Origin: Pelagomonas calceolata
Lineage: Eukaryota
Direction: 5' to 3'
Assembly (NCBI GenBank): GCA_918797485.1
Contig: CAKKNE010000001.1
Span: 5,084,001-5,148,000, forward strand
DNA: 64,000 nucleotides
The position numbers were made by a program, and so were the translations under genes. Below the pieces are notes generated by a model, which was given only the letters and a program-made list of their open reading frames with translations, made no database searches and was not told where the DNA came from. How positions within the stretch are numbered: the stretch's first letter is position 1; each line of letters opens with the position of its first letter. Positions 19,880 through 30,012 of the stretch are shown here, piece by piece.

Positions 19880-21202
19880 TTAGTCTTCGACCTCGGCGAT
19901 GCGCGGAACGCCAGGCGCGGGCGCTGGCGCCTCCGCCTCAGCCGGTGCCGGCGCGTCGGCGAGGCCCGCCTCCATCTCCAGGATCGCGCCCCGCATCCGG
20001 TCGACGAAGCCCTCCTTGCCCAGATCACAATCCTCCAGAACCTTCTCGAAGATGAGCGGCGGCGCGCATTCTAACGGTTGCGGCGGGAAGCAATTGGCTT
20101 CTGAGGGTACTGGCGGCGGCTCGTGCAGGTTCAGGTCGCCCCGGTAGATTTGCTTCGAGACTGCCGCGGTTAAAGCTTGCCGGACGCTCCTCGCGTCGCC
20201 TTCGGGCAATGAACCTTCCCCCAACGCTACTCTTCCGAGAGCGTAGGCGGCGAACAGTTCCAAACATCTAGGCGCGTCGAGCGCTTTCGCCTGCTCGCTC
20301 ACGGTCAGCACGTCCTTGCGCGCGGCGGCGAGGGCTTTGCCCAGCGTAGCTCTATCTCTCTTAGCGAGCTTCTCGGCGCAGGCCGACGCCACCTCCCCAA
20401 CACATGCTCGTAAGGCAAGATCCAGCGCGTGCTTCTTCGAGGCCAACGTCCGCTCCCGAGCCTCCCGGGCGCGCTCCTGTAACACCTCAAGATCCTCGGG
20501 GAGGATGGGCGGGCCCGCTTGCCGAGCTCGGTCGGCCGCATTCAACACCTCCTGTATTTGATCACTTGATACAGTAACAGCAAAGCGCTCCCAGCCCATC
20601 CGCAGGGGGTCGGGCGGTTCCAGGTCGCGCGCCATCTGCGTTATTGTTTCAGCAGGCACCTTCTCCCTCCCACTTCGCGTCGCGTTGCGCGCCTCCGCGA
20701 CTTCTTGAGAGCAATCTAATCGAATAGTGGCGTAGGCCCACCCATTATCGCGCGCGAGCCTAAAGAGCGCGTGGCGCATGCTCCTCAGATGGTTGTTGTC
20801 GTCCGCGATGATGATCGAGGCTGACGAGGTCTCCAGGAGCCCGGCGACCCTTCTCAAAGAAATGGCCCGCGCTTCATGATATTTCTCCGGGGCCCACTCA
20901 TCGAAAGCGCCCGTCGCCTCCAGGTCGTCATCAAAACGCACTATCTTGATATCGTGCGTTTTTACGTCCATCAGCTTCTCGCATAAGGTACTCTTGCCCG
21001 CGGCGGGCAGGCCCATCAAGCCCAGCAAGGTCCCCTTGGCCGGCTTGAATGTTTTTAACTCCTTAAGGGACTCCGGGGCGTCGTCGTCGGATACAATCAA
21101 GTTATCGTCCGGGTGGCGCTCGAGGGCGACCATGGCCTCGGCGGCGGCGGCCGCCGCGTCGATCGCTTGCATCGTTTCGGCTGCGGCGTCTGCGGCCTCC
21201 AT
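19880..21202 (-). CDS. PSTK: L-seryl-tRNA(Sec) kinase-like P-loop kinase
   Basis: GLPAAGKST, DDNNHLRSMR, RNATR, LEPPDP...WE. Confidence 0.75.
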   Translation of the reverse strand: MEAADAAAETMQAIDAAAAAAEAMVALERHPDDNLIVSDDDAPESLKELKTFKPAKGTLLGLMGLPAAGKSTLCEKLMDVKTHDIKIVRFDDDLEATGAFDEWAPEKYHEARAISLRRVAGLLETSSASIIIADDNNHLRSMRHALFRLARDNGWAYATIRLDCSQEVAEARNATRSGREKVPAETITQMARDLEPPDPLRMGWERFAVTVSSDQIQEVLNAADRARQAGPPILPEDLEVLQERAREARERTLASKKHALDLALRACVGEVASACAEKLAKRDRATLGKALAAARKDVLTVSEQAKALDAPRCLELFAAYALGRVALGEGSLPEGDARSVRQALTAAVSKQIYRGDLNLHEPPPVPSEANCFPPQPLECAPPLIFEKVLEDCDLGKEGFVDRMRGAILEMEAGLADAPAPAEAEAPAPAPGVPRIAEVED

Positions 21203-21371
21203 TGTGCTATTGTGCTACGCGGCTGCCTGGGCGTTTCGCGCGCTCGTTTCGATGCTGTCGCACGTCGTTATCGAGGAGAGCTGCTCAGGACCACTTTTCG
21301 GCAGCTATGTGGTCCCGTAATCGCTCAAATGGCGCAGGTGTTGGGCTGGTGAAACGAGTTAACTTTTGTGG

Positions 21372-21394
21372 CTAGCGGCCTGTAAAGACACTAG
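21372..21394 (-). promoter_or_regulatory. CTAG-box motif
   Basis: ctagcggcctgtaaagacactag, between divergent genes. Confidence 0.7.
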
Positions 21395-21761
21395 CAAGCA
21401 GCTAAATTTCGATCCGTGCTTCTTTGACTGCTCAAGCAAGGCTCCGGCAGTTACTTGACGGTTGTAGGAGCTCCCAGAAGCAGCACGACTTGACATTGTG
21501 ACGGCCCAGGGTTCTGCCAAGCTTCACGCTGTTTGTGAGCCATCTAGCGCGGTTGGAGACCTTCTGAACACTCCTGGCAGCCCTTTCGGTCGCCTGTACT
21601 TCGCCAAACCAGCCACAGCTCGCGCGACCCTCCAGCAGGCGCTTTTGGAACTGAGAGCTGCCTCAAAGTTTGAGTGCAAACGCTGCGTCCCGACCCTTCG
21701 AGACGCCAGCAGCCGCTCGACACCGTCAGACAGACCGCTTGATTAGCTCGACCCAGTAATA

Positions 21762-22265
21762 ATGGCCTGCTACGCCGTCACGCGCCGGGACAGCCTCGAC
21801 TTGGCCGCCCCGCACGAGCCCCTCGTCATGGACGATCCGTTCGACCCGCCGCCGCCGCCCTCGAGCCCGAAGCTCATCGTCGACCGCGCGGGCGTCGCCC
21901 TCGACCAGCCCGACGTGCTGCTCCTGGAGGGCCCGCGCTTCCGGCGCAAGAGCGTCAAGTTCCAGGAGCGCGCCTTCGGCATCCTGAACCCGCCGCCCGA
22001 GCCGGCCGAGCCGCAGAGCGGCCGCTTGCTGGTCGAACTCAACGGCGAGTGCCACTTCGAGCCGTCGGCCAAGCGCAAGACGCTGCGCTCCGTGCTCAAG
22101 CGCGACGCGATCCTGAACCGGAACCCCGAGGTCTTCACGCCGGCGTCGCCCACATTGGTGGCGTCGCCGACCAAGGTCTTCGAGCAGACGGAGATCAAGC
22201 TTCTCGAGTCGCCGGTGAGCGTCGCGCAGCGCCTCGACTTCGACGTGCCGCCGCTGGCGCTCTAA
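21762..22265 (+). CDS. Hypothetical protein
   Basis: 167-aa ORF with strong GC3 codon bias. Confidence 0.65.
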   Translation: MACYAVTRRDSLDLAAPHEPLVMDDPFDPPPPPSSPKLIVDRAGVALDQPDVLLLEGPRFRRKSVKFQERAFGILNPPPEPAEPQSGRLLVELNGECHFEPSAKRKTLRSVLKRDAILNRNPEVFTPASPTLVASPTKVFEQTEIKLLESPVSVAQRLDFDVPPLAL

Positions 22266-22394
22266 TTGATGCCCCCGACCCTGTCTCACCACCACCCCCT
22301 GTAATAGAAGAAATGCTACTTGGCTTAGTTATCTAGCGCCCCGGTTCGAGACGGGGACGCGCTCGCGGCACGGGTCGTCGCGTCGCGGTAGGTC

Positions 22395-23159
22395 TTAGCT
22401 GAGCGCCTTGAAAGCGAGCGCGCCGAAGAGCGCGAGCCACGCCAGCGGGAGCTTGTTGTAGTCGTCCGGAGCGCCGTGGAAGACGAAGATGGCTACGTGG
22501 GCGCAGATCAATGCGGCCGTGATGCCGAAGGCCTCGAGCGGCTCCTTGCCGGCCGCCAACGCGGCAAGGTACGCACCCGAGAAGAGCATCATCGCTCCCG
22601 AGAGCTTTTGCGTCGCCACACCGAGCTTCGAGAGACCCTTCTTGCCCGAGCACCCGTACATCTTGAGAGTTTCTTCAGTGAAGAAGTATGACATCACGCC
22701 GTTGCCGAGGTAGAGCCCGGTGATGACCCACGGCGACAGGTCGGTGAACTTCGTGCCCATGGCCACGAGGAGAGCGATCCAGGCCAGGATCGGCTCCTTC
22801 GGCGCGTCGAACGGCTCGCAGTTTGGCACGATAGCTAGTAGAGACGCCGCGGACACGAGCGGAGCGGCCGCGAGGGGATTCTCGGCCGTGAGGAGGTACG
22901 CGAGCCCCAGCTGCCACGCGCCGACGCCGCGGCGCAGCGCTAAAGCTGACGCGTCGGTCTTCGTCACGCCGTAGACCTCGAAGCTCGCCTTCGGCGAGAT
23001 CCACTGGTTGAGGCCCGCGGCGCCCAGGGCCGCGGCGCCGACTTGGACGACGTCTAGGTCGTCGAGGCCGCCGCCGCGCAGCTGCAGAGCAGCCTTGGAG
23101 CGCGGGGCACTGATGGCGTTTGCTCCGCCGAGCGCTAAGACGAGAAGAGCGGTGCGCAT
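22395..23159 (-). CDS. Multi-pass membrane protein with signal peptide
   Basis: Presequence ending LRGG; several hydrophobic helices; internal two-fold repeat. Confidence 0.75.
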   Translation of the reverse strand: MRTALLVLALGGANAISAPRSKAALQLRGGGLDDLDVVQVGAAALGAAGLNQWISPKASFEVYGVTKTDASALALRRGVGAWQLGLAYLLTAENPLAAAPLVSAASLLAIVPNCEPFDAPKEPILAWIALLVAMGTKFTDLSPWVITGLYLGNGVMSYFFTEETLKMYGCSGKKGLSKLGVATQKLSGAMMLFSGAYLAALAAGKEPLEAFGITAALICAHVAIFVFHGAPDDYNKLPLAWLALFGALAFKALS

Positions 23160-23251
23160 GTTGGAGTGTTAAGCGAAGAGCTGTCTTTGCACTGCGAGAG
23201 TGAAATAGTTGTGCAGCAGCGGTGGTCTCAGCGAGCCAGAACACGCATTAA

Positions 23252-23272
23252 CTAGCTGCGTAAAGACACTAG
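23252..23272 (-). promoter_or_regulatory. CTAG-box motif (ctagctgcgtaaagacactag)
   Basis: Between divergent genes. Confidence 0.7.
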
Positions 23273-23423
23273 CATTCCCAACCTCGAGGCAAAATCGTCC
23301 GTAGCGATCGCGATTGAAGCCTTCGCGGTCCTCAGTGGTGCGGAGCCGACTTATTCTATCGGTGCCTCGCGGTTGGCCCGCCAGCGATAAGCGCCGGGCC
23401 GCCAAGATAGCGCAAACCACACC

Positions 23424-24752
23424 ATGCTGAGCAGCCAGCTAAAGCATGAGCCGCACGGCTGGCTGCTGCAAGCGCTCGCGGGCGACAGCGGTGCTGCGAA
23501 GGGCAGCAGCGGTGCCACAAAAACCACAACAAACGGGGCCGACGCGAAGCGCCTCGCAGCGCTCGAGAAACGCGTCAAAAGATTGGAGGACCGAAGGGCC
23601 GGCGGCGCGCGCACGGCATTACGAGCCGCTAGAGCGGCCACCGACTGCGTCGCGACGCGGTGGGTCCCCGACGACTACTATGGGAGGTCCATGCGCGACC
23701 GTAGTAAACTTTTGAACTGCGACGTTCGCCAGATGTGCAAGTCGATGCTGCTCGAGAACAAACAATGGCGCGGGACGGACGAGTTCGACCCGAGCAACGC
23801 GAGATTTTACTTGGTCGTGGTCCAGTACGCGGCGACCTTTGATGCCGGGAGGTTGCGAAGCGCGCTCGTGGAGCGCACGAAGCTGCCGGCGAAGGCGTTC
23901 AATTTTCGGGTCGCCGACGAGGCGGACAACGACAGGTTGTCAGGCTTCAAGCACAACGCCGTGACGCCGTTCGGCTTTGCCGAATCTAGAGTTCCTGTCG
24001 TGCTTTCCGACGCGGCGTCGAAGATGGGGTTCATCTGGATGGGCGGCGGGCACGAGGCCTTTAAATTAGGCGTGCCGGTCGACGCGTTCCTCGCGTGTTT
24101 CAAGCCCTGGGTCCTGGACTGCTCGACGGCGCGCGACGAGCGCGAGTGGGACACTGCATCAAAACCGGCCGGGAAGCCGGCGAAGGCCAAGGCGCCGAAG
24201 GCGAAACCAGCCAAGACAGCAGCTGCGGCCTTCGAGGACTACGGCGACGCCGACGACACGGCCGCTTCTCGTTTGGCGCTCGTGGTCGGCAAGATTGTAG
24301 ACGTCTGGCCGCACCCCGACTCCGACAAGTTATTTTGCGAGAAGATCGACTGCGGCGAGGCGTTCGGGGGCGTACGGGAAGTCGCGTCGGGCCTGCAGAA
24401 GCACTATAAAGTCGAGGATCTGAAGGATCGGATGGTCCTCGTCGCGGCGAACCTCAAGGCGAAGAAGCTCGGCGGCTTCCCCTCGCACGGCATGGTGCTC
24501 TGCGCGTCGACGGCCGGCTCGCTGTCCTTCGTCGACCCGCCCAAGGGCGCGAAGCCGGGCGACGCCGTCGCGTTGCCCGGCCTTGCGAACCCGCCGGCGA
24601 GCGAGGCCCAGGTCGACAAGAAGAAGCTCTTCGCGAAGGCACAGCCGCACTTCGTCGTCCGCAACGGGACCTGCTACTACAAGGACAAGCCGTTCGATAT
24701 AAACGGGGCGCCGTGCACGGCGTCGGTCGCGGACGGCGCGTCGATCAGCTAA
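23424..24752 (+). CDS. YbaK/ProX-like deacylase domain + EMAPII/Arc1p-type tRNA-binding domain
   Basis: CKSMLLEN, VVVQY, GFKHNAVTPFG, WMGGGH; HPDSDKLFCEKID, SGL, NLK..KLGGFPSHGMVLCA. Confidence 0.85.
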   Translation: MLSSQLKHEPHGWLLQALAGDSGAAKGSSGATKTTTNGADAKRLAALEKRVKRLEDRRAGGARTALRAARAATDCVATRWVPDDYYGRSMRDRSKLLNCDVRQMCKSMLLENKQWRGTDEFDPSNARFYLVVVQYAATFDAGRLRSALVERTKLPAKAFNFRVADEADNDRLSGFKHNAVTPFGFAESRVPVVLSDAASKMGFIWMGGGHEAFKLGVPVDAFLACFKPWVLDCSTARDEREWDTASKPAGKPAKAKAPKAKPAKTAAAAFEDYGDADDTAASRLALVVGKIVDVWPHPDSDKLFCEKIDCGEAFGGVREVASGLQKHYKVEDLKDRMVLVAANLKAKKLGGFPSHGMVLCASTAGSLSFVDPPKGAKPGDAVALPGLANPPASEAQVDKKKLFAKAQPHFVVRNGTCYYKDKPFDINGAPCTASVADGASIS

Positions 24753-24905
24753 ATTTTATACGTATATCAATAGTTTATCACAGTTTAAGAGAGAAGCGCC
24801 GCGTCGCTGGCGTGAAAGTGGACGAGGACGTGGGTCTAGGACGTGGGGAGACACACAGAGGGGAGTGCACGTCGATGGCGTCGAGGCGGACGTATACAGG
24901 GACGA

Positions 24906-25436
24906 CTACTTGGCCTCCGCGCCGTCGTCGTGCGGGCGCAGCAGCGCCGCGCAGGCGCCGTCGCGCGCCAGGTCGAGCGCGGTACTTCCTCGCTCGTCGC
25001 GCATCGCGCAGTACTCTCGCGAACGCGAACCTGCGTACTCTAGCAATTCGCGCACGGCGTCCGCGCGACCGAGATCCGCGGCGTGGTGCAGCAGCGTCCT
25101 CCCGAGGTCCGCGTCCCTCAGACTCAGGGCCGCCGCGTCCTCGAGACCCCCCGACGCCGCGTCGTCGCGCAGGTCTAGCGGCGCGCCGCGGACGAGCGCG
25201 TCCCTTAATACAACCACTCTCCGTCGGACGCCATCGGGATCCGCCCGCACGTCTAGCTCCTTCGCCTCCAGTTCGATGCAGTGCTTCGCGTCGGCGGGCG
25301 CGGGGTCGCACCACACCGCCGCCACGGGCGCGTCGTCGTATAACTTGGCGTCGGCGTCTTGTATTAATTCGGCCGTGATCGGCACCGCTTCGGCCACGAC
25401 CGCGACGGCTTCGCAGGCCTTCATGTCCATTGCCAT
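24906..25436 (-). CDS. Small ankyrin-repeat protein
   Basis: GRTLLHHAADLG...VRELL, GSTALDLA. Confidence 0.7.
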   Translation of the reverse strand: MAMDMKACEAVAVVAEAVPITAELIQDADAKLYDDAPVAAVWCDPAPADAKHCIELEAKELDVRADPDGVRRRVVVLRDALVRGAPLDLRDDAASGGLEDAAALSLRDADLGRTLLHHAADLGRADAVRELLEYAGSRSREYCAMRDERGSTALDLARDGACAALLRPHDDGAEAK

Positions 25437-25597
25437 GAGGCTTTTGATGGGCAGCCCGGTGGGCAGCCGTGCCCTCTGCGCTTACGGTCCAAGCAGCGGC
25501 GGCGTGGACAACGAAGCAACAGAACACGTCCAAGTGAGCGCTGCAGTGCACTACGCGTGCTTACTAGTAGCCGGCTTGCCGGCTTGCCAGGCTGTTG

Positions 25598-25620
25598 CTA
25601 GTGTCTTTATAGACCGCTAG
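25598..25620 (+). promoter_or_regulatory. CTAG-box motif (ctagtgtctttatagaccgctag)
   Basis: Between divergent genes. Confidence 0.7.
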
Positions 25621-25772
25621 TTATTATTTTTTGCCCGTTTCGCCTCGAGCTGAGCGTAAGCTCGGCACCTAATTAGCCTCTGACGCAGGAGCGTTGTTTA
25701 ACGAATACCTCTACTCGGATTCTGCAGCGTGAAGCCGAGGCGCAGCTCGCGGCGGTCGATTAACAGCACAAC

Positions 25773-26489
25773 ATGAGCCGCTGGGGCAAGGCAAGGCGCG
25801 ACGTGAGCCAGTCCATCCCGGACCACATCGACACGTACAGAGCACGCTCGGAATTCCTGGAGCTGCGCACCCACGCGCGACGGCTCACCGACGAGAACGA
25901 GCGCCTGCGCCACCGGCTCGCGGGCTGCCTCGGCCGCAAGTCGCTCGGCCGCGGCGCGGCGTCGACGAGCCTCGGGCGGTCGCCGCGGCGGCCCCAACGC
26001 CGCGCCGCCGCGTCGCCCGTGCGCGCGCCGGCGGCTCCGGCTGTCGACGCGGGCGTCAAAGACCTGATCAAGAACTACCGACGGGCGCTGCGCCGCGCCG
26101 ACGCGCGCGCGGTTGACTTGCAAGCCAGAGCACAGGCCGCCGAGGCGCGGGCCGTCGCAGCGGAGCGACGCGCGGCGGCCGCGGAGCTTCGAGCCGCCGA
26201 GGCCGAGGCGCGCGAGGCCGCGGCTCCGCCGGCGGCGCCAACGCAGGAGGTGCCGCGCGCGGTGGCGCCGCCCCGGCCGCCCCCGCCGCGGCCGCGGACC
26301 CCGGACACGCCGGACTCGGACGACGGCGTCGCGGCGGCGCTCCGCGACGAGGTGTCGAACCTCGACGCCGAAATCGACGTCCTGCGCGGTGCTCTCAAGG
26401 CAGCAGGCGACCGGGTGACGGCTGCCTCGCTCGAGGAACGCGCACGCGAGGCTGCGCGAGCGATCCTCGCCGCATCGAGCCGGCGATAG
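25773..26489 (+). CDS. Coiled-coil hypothetical protein
   Basis: 238-aa ORF with heptad-like segments. Confidence 0.6.
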   Translation: MSRWGKARRDVSQSIPDHIDTYRARSEFLELRTHARRLTDENERLRHRLAGCLGRKSLGRGAASTSLGRSPRRPQRRAAASPVRAPAAPAVDAGVKDLIKNYRRALRRADARAVDLQARAQAAEARAVAAERRAAAAELRAAEAEAREAAAPPAAPTQEVPRAVAPPRPPPPRPRTPDTPDSDDGVAAALRDEVSNLDAEIDVLRGALKAAGDRVTAASLEERAREAARAILAASSRR

Positions 26490-26509
26490 AATAATACAAC
26501 AAAACAAGG

Positions 26510-26983
26510 TTATTGGGACCACTTCCCGTCGTCGGCGCGCGCGTCGACCCACTTCGACACTTCAGCGATGTCCGCGTCGGAGAGGCGTGCGCCAAAGGTG
26601 CAGGCCGGTTTGGGGGCGCACGCTTCCCCGAAGCCGGGCATCTGATTTTTGCCCATCGTCACGATCGTAGCGATATCAACGTTGTTGGCCGTCAGTGCCG
26701 CCCGATCGAGCGTCTTGCCGCGGGCCACAACGTTACCGCCACCGGCATGGCAGGCGGCGCACTTCGCCTCGAAGAGAACTGCACCGTCCGCCATTGCTGG
26801 TCGCGGCGACAGCGCCGACAGCGTCAGCGCCAGCGATGCGATCGCGCATCGGTGCGCGAGCCCTGGCCGCGGCCGCGTCGTCGAGCAGCTGACGGCACTG
26901 CATGCTGAGCTCCTGTGCGCAACGAGTGAGAGCGCCCTGCAAGCCGTCGCAGCAGTAACGAGGATGCCCAGTCTCGATCGCAT
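26510..26983 (-). CDS. Cytochrome c6A-like protein, plastid/thylakoid-targeted
   Basis: CAACH heme motif, GKNQMPGFG, two-Cys loop insertion EACAPKPACTFG, multipartite presequence. Confidence 0.85.
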   Translation of the reverse strand: MRSRLGILVTAATACRALSLVAHRSSACSAVSCSTTRPRPGLAHRCAIASLALTLSALSPRPAMADGAVLFEAKCAACHAGGGNVVARGKTLDRAALTANNVDIATIVTMGKNQMPGFGEACAPKPACTFGARLSDADIAEVSKWVDARADDGKWSQ

Positions 26984-27049
26984 GTCTCGAAACCGATCCG
27001 TGAGTCGTCAAAAATGGCCAAACACCAGCACACGGCGTTCAGAGCATAG

Positions 27050-27071
27050 CTAGCGTCATGTAAGACACTAG
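27050..27071 (-). promoter_or_regulatory. CTAG-box motif (ctagcgtcatgtaagacactag)
   Basis: Exact reverse complement of 62159-62180. Confidence 0.7.
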
Positions 27072-27091
27072 CAAACCAGCCACACCTCTCG

Positions 27092-29793
27092 CAACCCGAC
27101 CGCTGGGCTCACAAAATAAACCCGGTTTGACCGCATTTCGGCCATTTGCCAAAAAAGGCGGCGTGCGCCAGACGTAGGGCGCGACGCTTGTCTGTGGCGA
27201 TCGGTCTGTCCTACGCCACCCTTGGGCCGGCCGAGGGGCGGCGGGCGCGTGCAAAACGACGCGCGGGATGCCGAGAACTCGGCCTTGTCTCGGTACGATG
27301 CCTGAGCGCAAACTCTTCCTCCGTCGCCGCTGGGGCCTACGGGGAGCCGGGTCGACTCACCAAAAACGAATACCCAACAAAGAATTTAAAAAGTACTAGT
27401 AGGTTACTAGTAGGTTGCCATACGCAGGCTTCCGGGTACTTCTGAAGGGGGGACTCGACGGTTTTGAGACGGGCGGGTCCCGCCCGATCCATTGGAGTAA
27501 AGTCCCTCTAGTGAAAAGACCCGCTAGCAAACCTCGTGACCCGCACGAGCTCAGAGCAGCCCACTTTTTGCGGCCGCGCGCGGCCCAATCGGTACGCACA
27601 GCACACAGCAGCACTTGATAAGACGTCCACGCGCGCCGGCGCCCACGCGCGCCGAAAAATTCGCGCGCGTTGCGCCACAGAGGCCGCCAACCAGCAAGAC
27701 CAGTGTAAGGAGGCGCTACGCGCGCCCTAATCGCTGCCCGAACCGCGTCCCGGACGGCGGGCGCGAACGGGCTACTTCCGAAGGCTGCCCTGGACACGCG
27801 GCGCGCACGAACAGCATGTCGACCGCGACCGCGCGACCGTCGTCGAGCGGCGCGGCGGCACCGCGGTGGGGTTCGCGCACCCATCAGCACAGCCGCGCGC
27901 TTTCGTGGGCCTTGAGGGGTATTATTAGGTAGTCTAAGGGCGAAAAACTTATTTTCCGTATTATGGATGATTCCGGTTGGCTTTATGGTGAGTCGACCCA
28001 GCCCTGTGATTTATTGTGGCAAGATCACGACCTGAACGAGCGTCCCTGAAGTTTTGAGCGAAATCGCCTCCACAGTAACGGAGAAAAAAAATCGAGCGCG
28101 GGACGGCGTTTTCGGCGACGTGCCCAAAAACGCCCTTGGCGCTGCGGGGGCGGCGCCTGGTTGAAACGGCAGAAGGAGTGGTCCCTCCGCGGCGCGTTCG
28201 TGGGCGGCGTGTTCTTGAAACGACTTCCGGCTCCGCGGTCAAGCCGCGCGGGACGCCCCGAGAGTCCGAGACCGCCCGACGGGGCGCGCCGGGCGCGTAG
28301 ACGACAATTGACGGCGAGCGCGCCGTCGGACTCGGCCGTGGGACGGGTGCGGACGTCTGATGCCGCGAGAGCCTTAGGCTGAGGGCTTAGTGTCGTTCGC
28401 GCGCCTACTTGTGCCGACATATGAATTATAGTAGGCAATCAAATTACCAGGGTAATTGCCGGTAGTGGAAATTACCGGTAATTACCGGTAATTACCGGAG
28501 TCGATTTTTGGCTACCGGGTAATGACCCCTGGGGTGGAAAGGTAAAACGCGTGAGTAAAGGGTGGACGCGGCAGACGCGTTTTGGACTATGGGCAGGATA
28601 TGGCCAAGCCCATGCCCCAGGGGCATCGTCCCACGGTCCCAAGTGAGCTTTTTACGCGTCAGTCCCATTGGAAATGCTAATCTGGGTTCTGGGAGGCTGC
28701 CCCGGCCCGGCTCACCTTGGACCTCCCAGATTACCGGTAATTTCCGTTACCAGGGTAATTTACCGGTAATTACCGGTAATTACCGACCCTGAGATCTCGT
28801 TACCGGGTAATTTGCCAACTATAATATGAATTTTAATTAATAGCTAAAAATGCCTTTGTGGCGAATGCGCTGCAAAGATGTCAAGGAGACATCCAACGTA
28901 CCCCTAGTGTACTACGCGAAGGTTATTAGCCCCCAAAAGCGATCAGGAGGCCCAGGCGTGGGGGCCCGGCGCGGCGTCCCCGGCCCGTGCACGAAAGCCA
29001 CTTAGCCCTTTTTTTGGAGGCACGCAATTCGTAGTAGAGCCCGAGGCGTCTCGAAACACAACGCGGGAGCCGGCCGTGCCGCTCCGACGGCCGGAGAAGG
29101 GCAAACCTAGTCATTTCGTAGACTGGGTGAATCGCCGGCGATACACAAGTCCAAATTTAAAGCGCGGCCGACAGCAGATCTCGTTCATACTCGATCAGTC
29201 GTTTAGACGCGTGTCGACGCCGTTTCCACAAATCGCGCTACTAGCTGCGACGAGATTTCGAGATCGTACGGGCACCGACCTCGAAAATCTCCTCGTCGCG
29301 GCTTTATCACCTCGAAATAGCCTCGGCGGCTAGCAGCGCGGCACCGCGGCGTCCTTTGGACACCCCTTAACGTCTCTACGGCCCGAATCACGCTCAAGGC
29401 TGGCACCGCATCCGTGAGGCGCCTGTCCCCCGAATCGCGGCGACGCCCGCCGCGCCCAGTCCGCCAGCCCATTTGTCTCTCCGACCCGTCGCAGCGCCAT
29501 CATATCTCCCGGCGCGACTCTCGCGCACCTTTTTAGCGCCGCGCGACGAGTTTCCCTCCACAGTAACGCGCAGATTTGTCGTTTTCCCAAGTCCGTCGAT
29601 TTCTTCGCCGCGCCGGCGCCTCGGGCCGTCTCCTTTGGACCGGGGGCCGGGCGTGGGGCGGAGCGATCGCCCCTATCTCGGTTTTCTCGGAGGTGCCCGG
29701 CGCGCCGCGCAGGGCCGGGGCCATTGCGCTGGAAAACCCGTTTAAGAAGTGAATTGTTTTAGGGTTTTTTAGCTGAGCCAAGCGGTCGGGTTG
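27092..29793. mobile_element. Non-autonomous TIR DNA transposon, 2.7 kb, 7-bp TSD, CA...TG ends (P-superfamily-like)
   Basis: TIRs at 27092-27111 and 29774-29793 match at 19/20; TSD CCTCTCG at 27085-27091 and 29794-29800; no credible ORF. Confidence 0.8.
28427..28823. mobile_element. hAT-like MITE (397 bp) nested in the 2.7-kb element
   Basis: 8-bp TSD ATATGAAT at 28419-28426 and 28824-28831; TIR TATAGT(A/T)GGCAA; subterminal arrays of AATTACCGGT. Confidence 0.85.
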
Positions 29794-30012
29794 CCTCTCG
29801 CACACTGATTATCGCAACATAACTCTCCGCGCGACGTAGTGCGCGGCTCATCACAGCCCTCCGGCCGCCAGCAAAGCGCCACGCCATCGCTGGAGCCGTT
29901 TGGTTGTGCCTAGAGAGACTGCTGCCAGCGCTCGTAAGCGACTGCCGTGAACGCGCCGGCGCCGTCCTCCCGCACGGCAACTGATCGCGCAAAGGTCGCC
30001 GCGACCGCAAGG

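Noticed and set aside
14884..21202. Biosynthetic gene cluster (monooxygenase-DODA, peptidase, cfa, kinase)
   Set aside because: Functions are unrelated and there is no evidence of co-regulation
28441..28812. AATTACCGGT arrays as a CRISPR array, telomere or centromeric satellite
   Set aside because: No spacers or cas genes; bounded by a TIR and 8-bp TSD, so they are MITE subterminal repeats
27092..29793. Transposase, TnpB/Fanzor or rRNA/tRNA inside the 2.7-kb element
   Set aside because: Only short Arg/Ala-rich ORFs with no DDE or RuvC motifs; no recognisable RNA gene signatures
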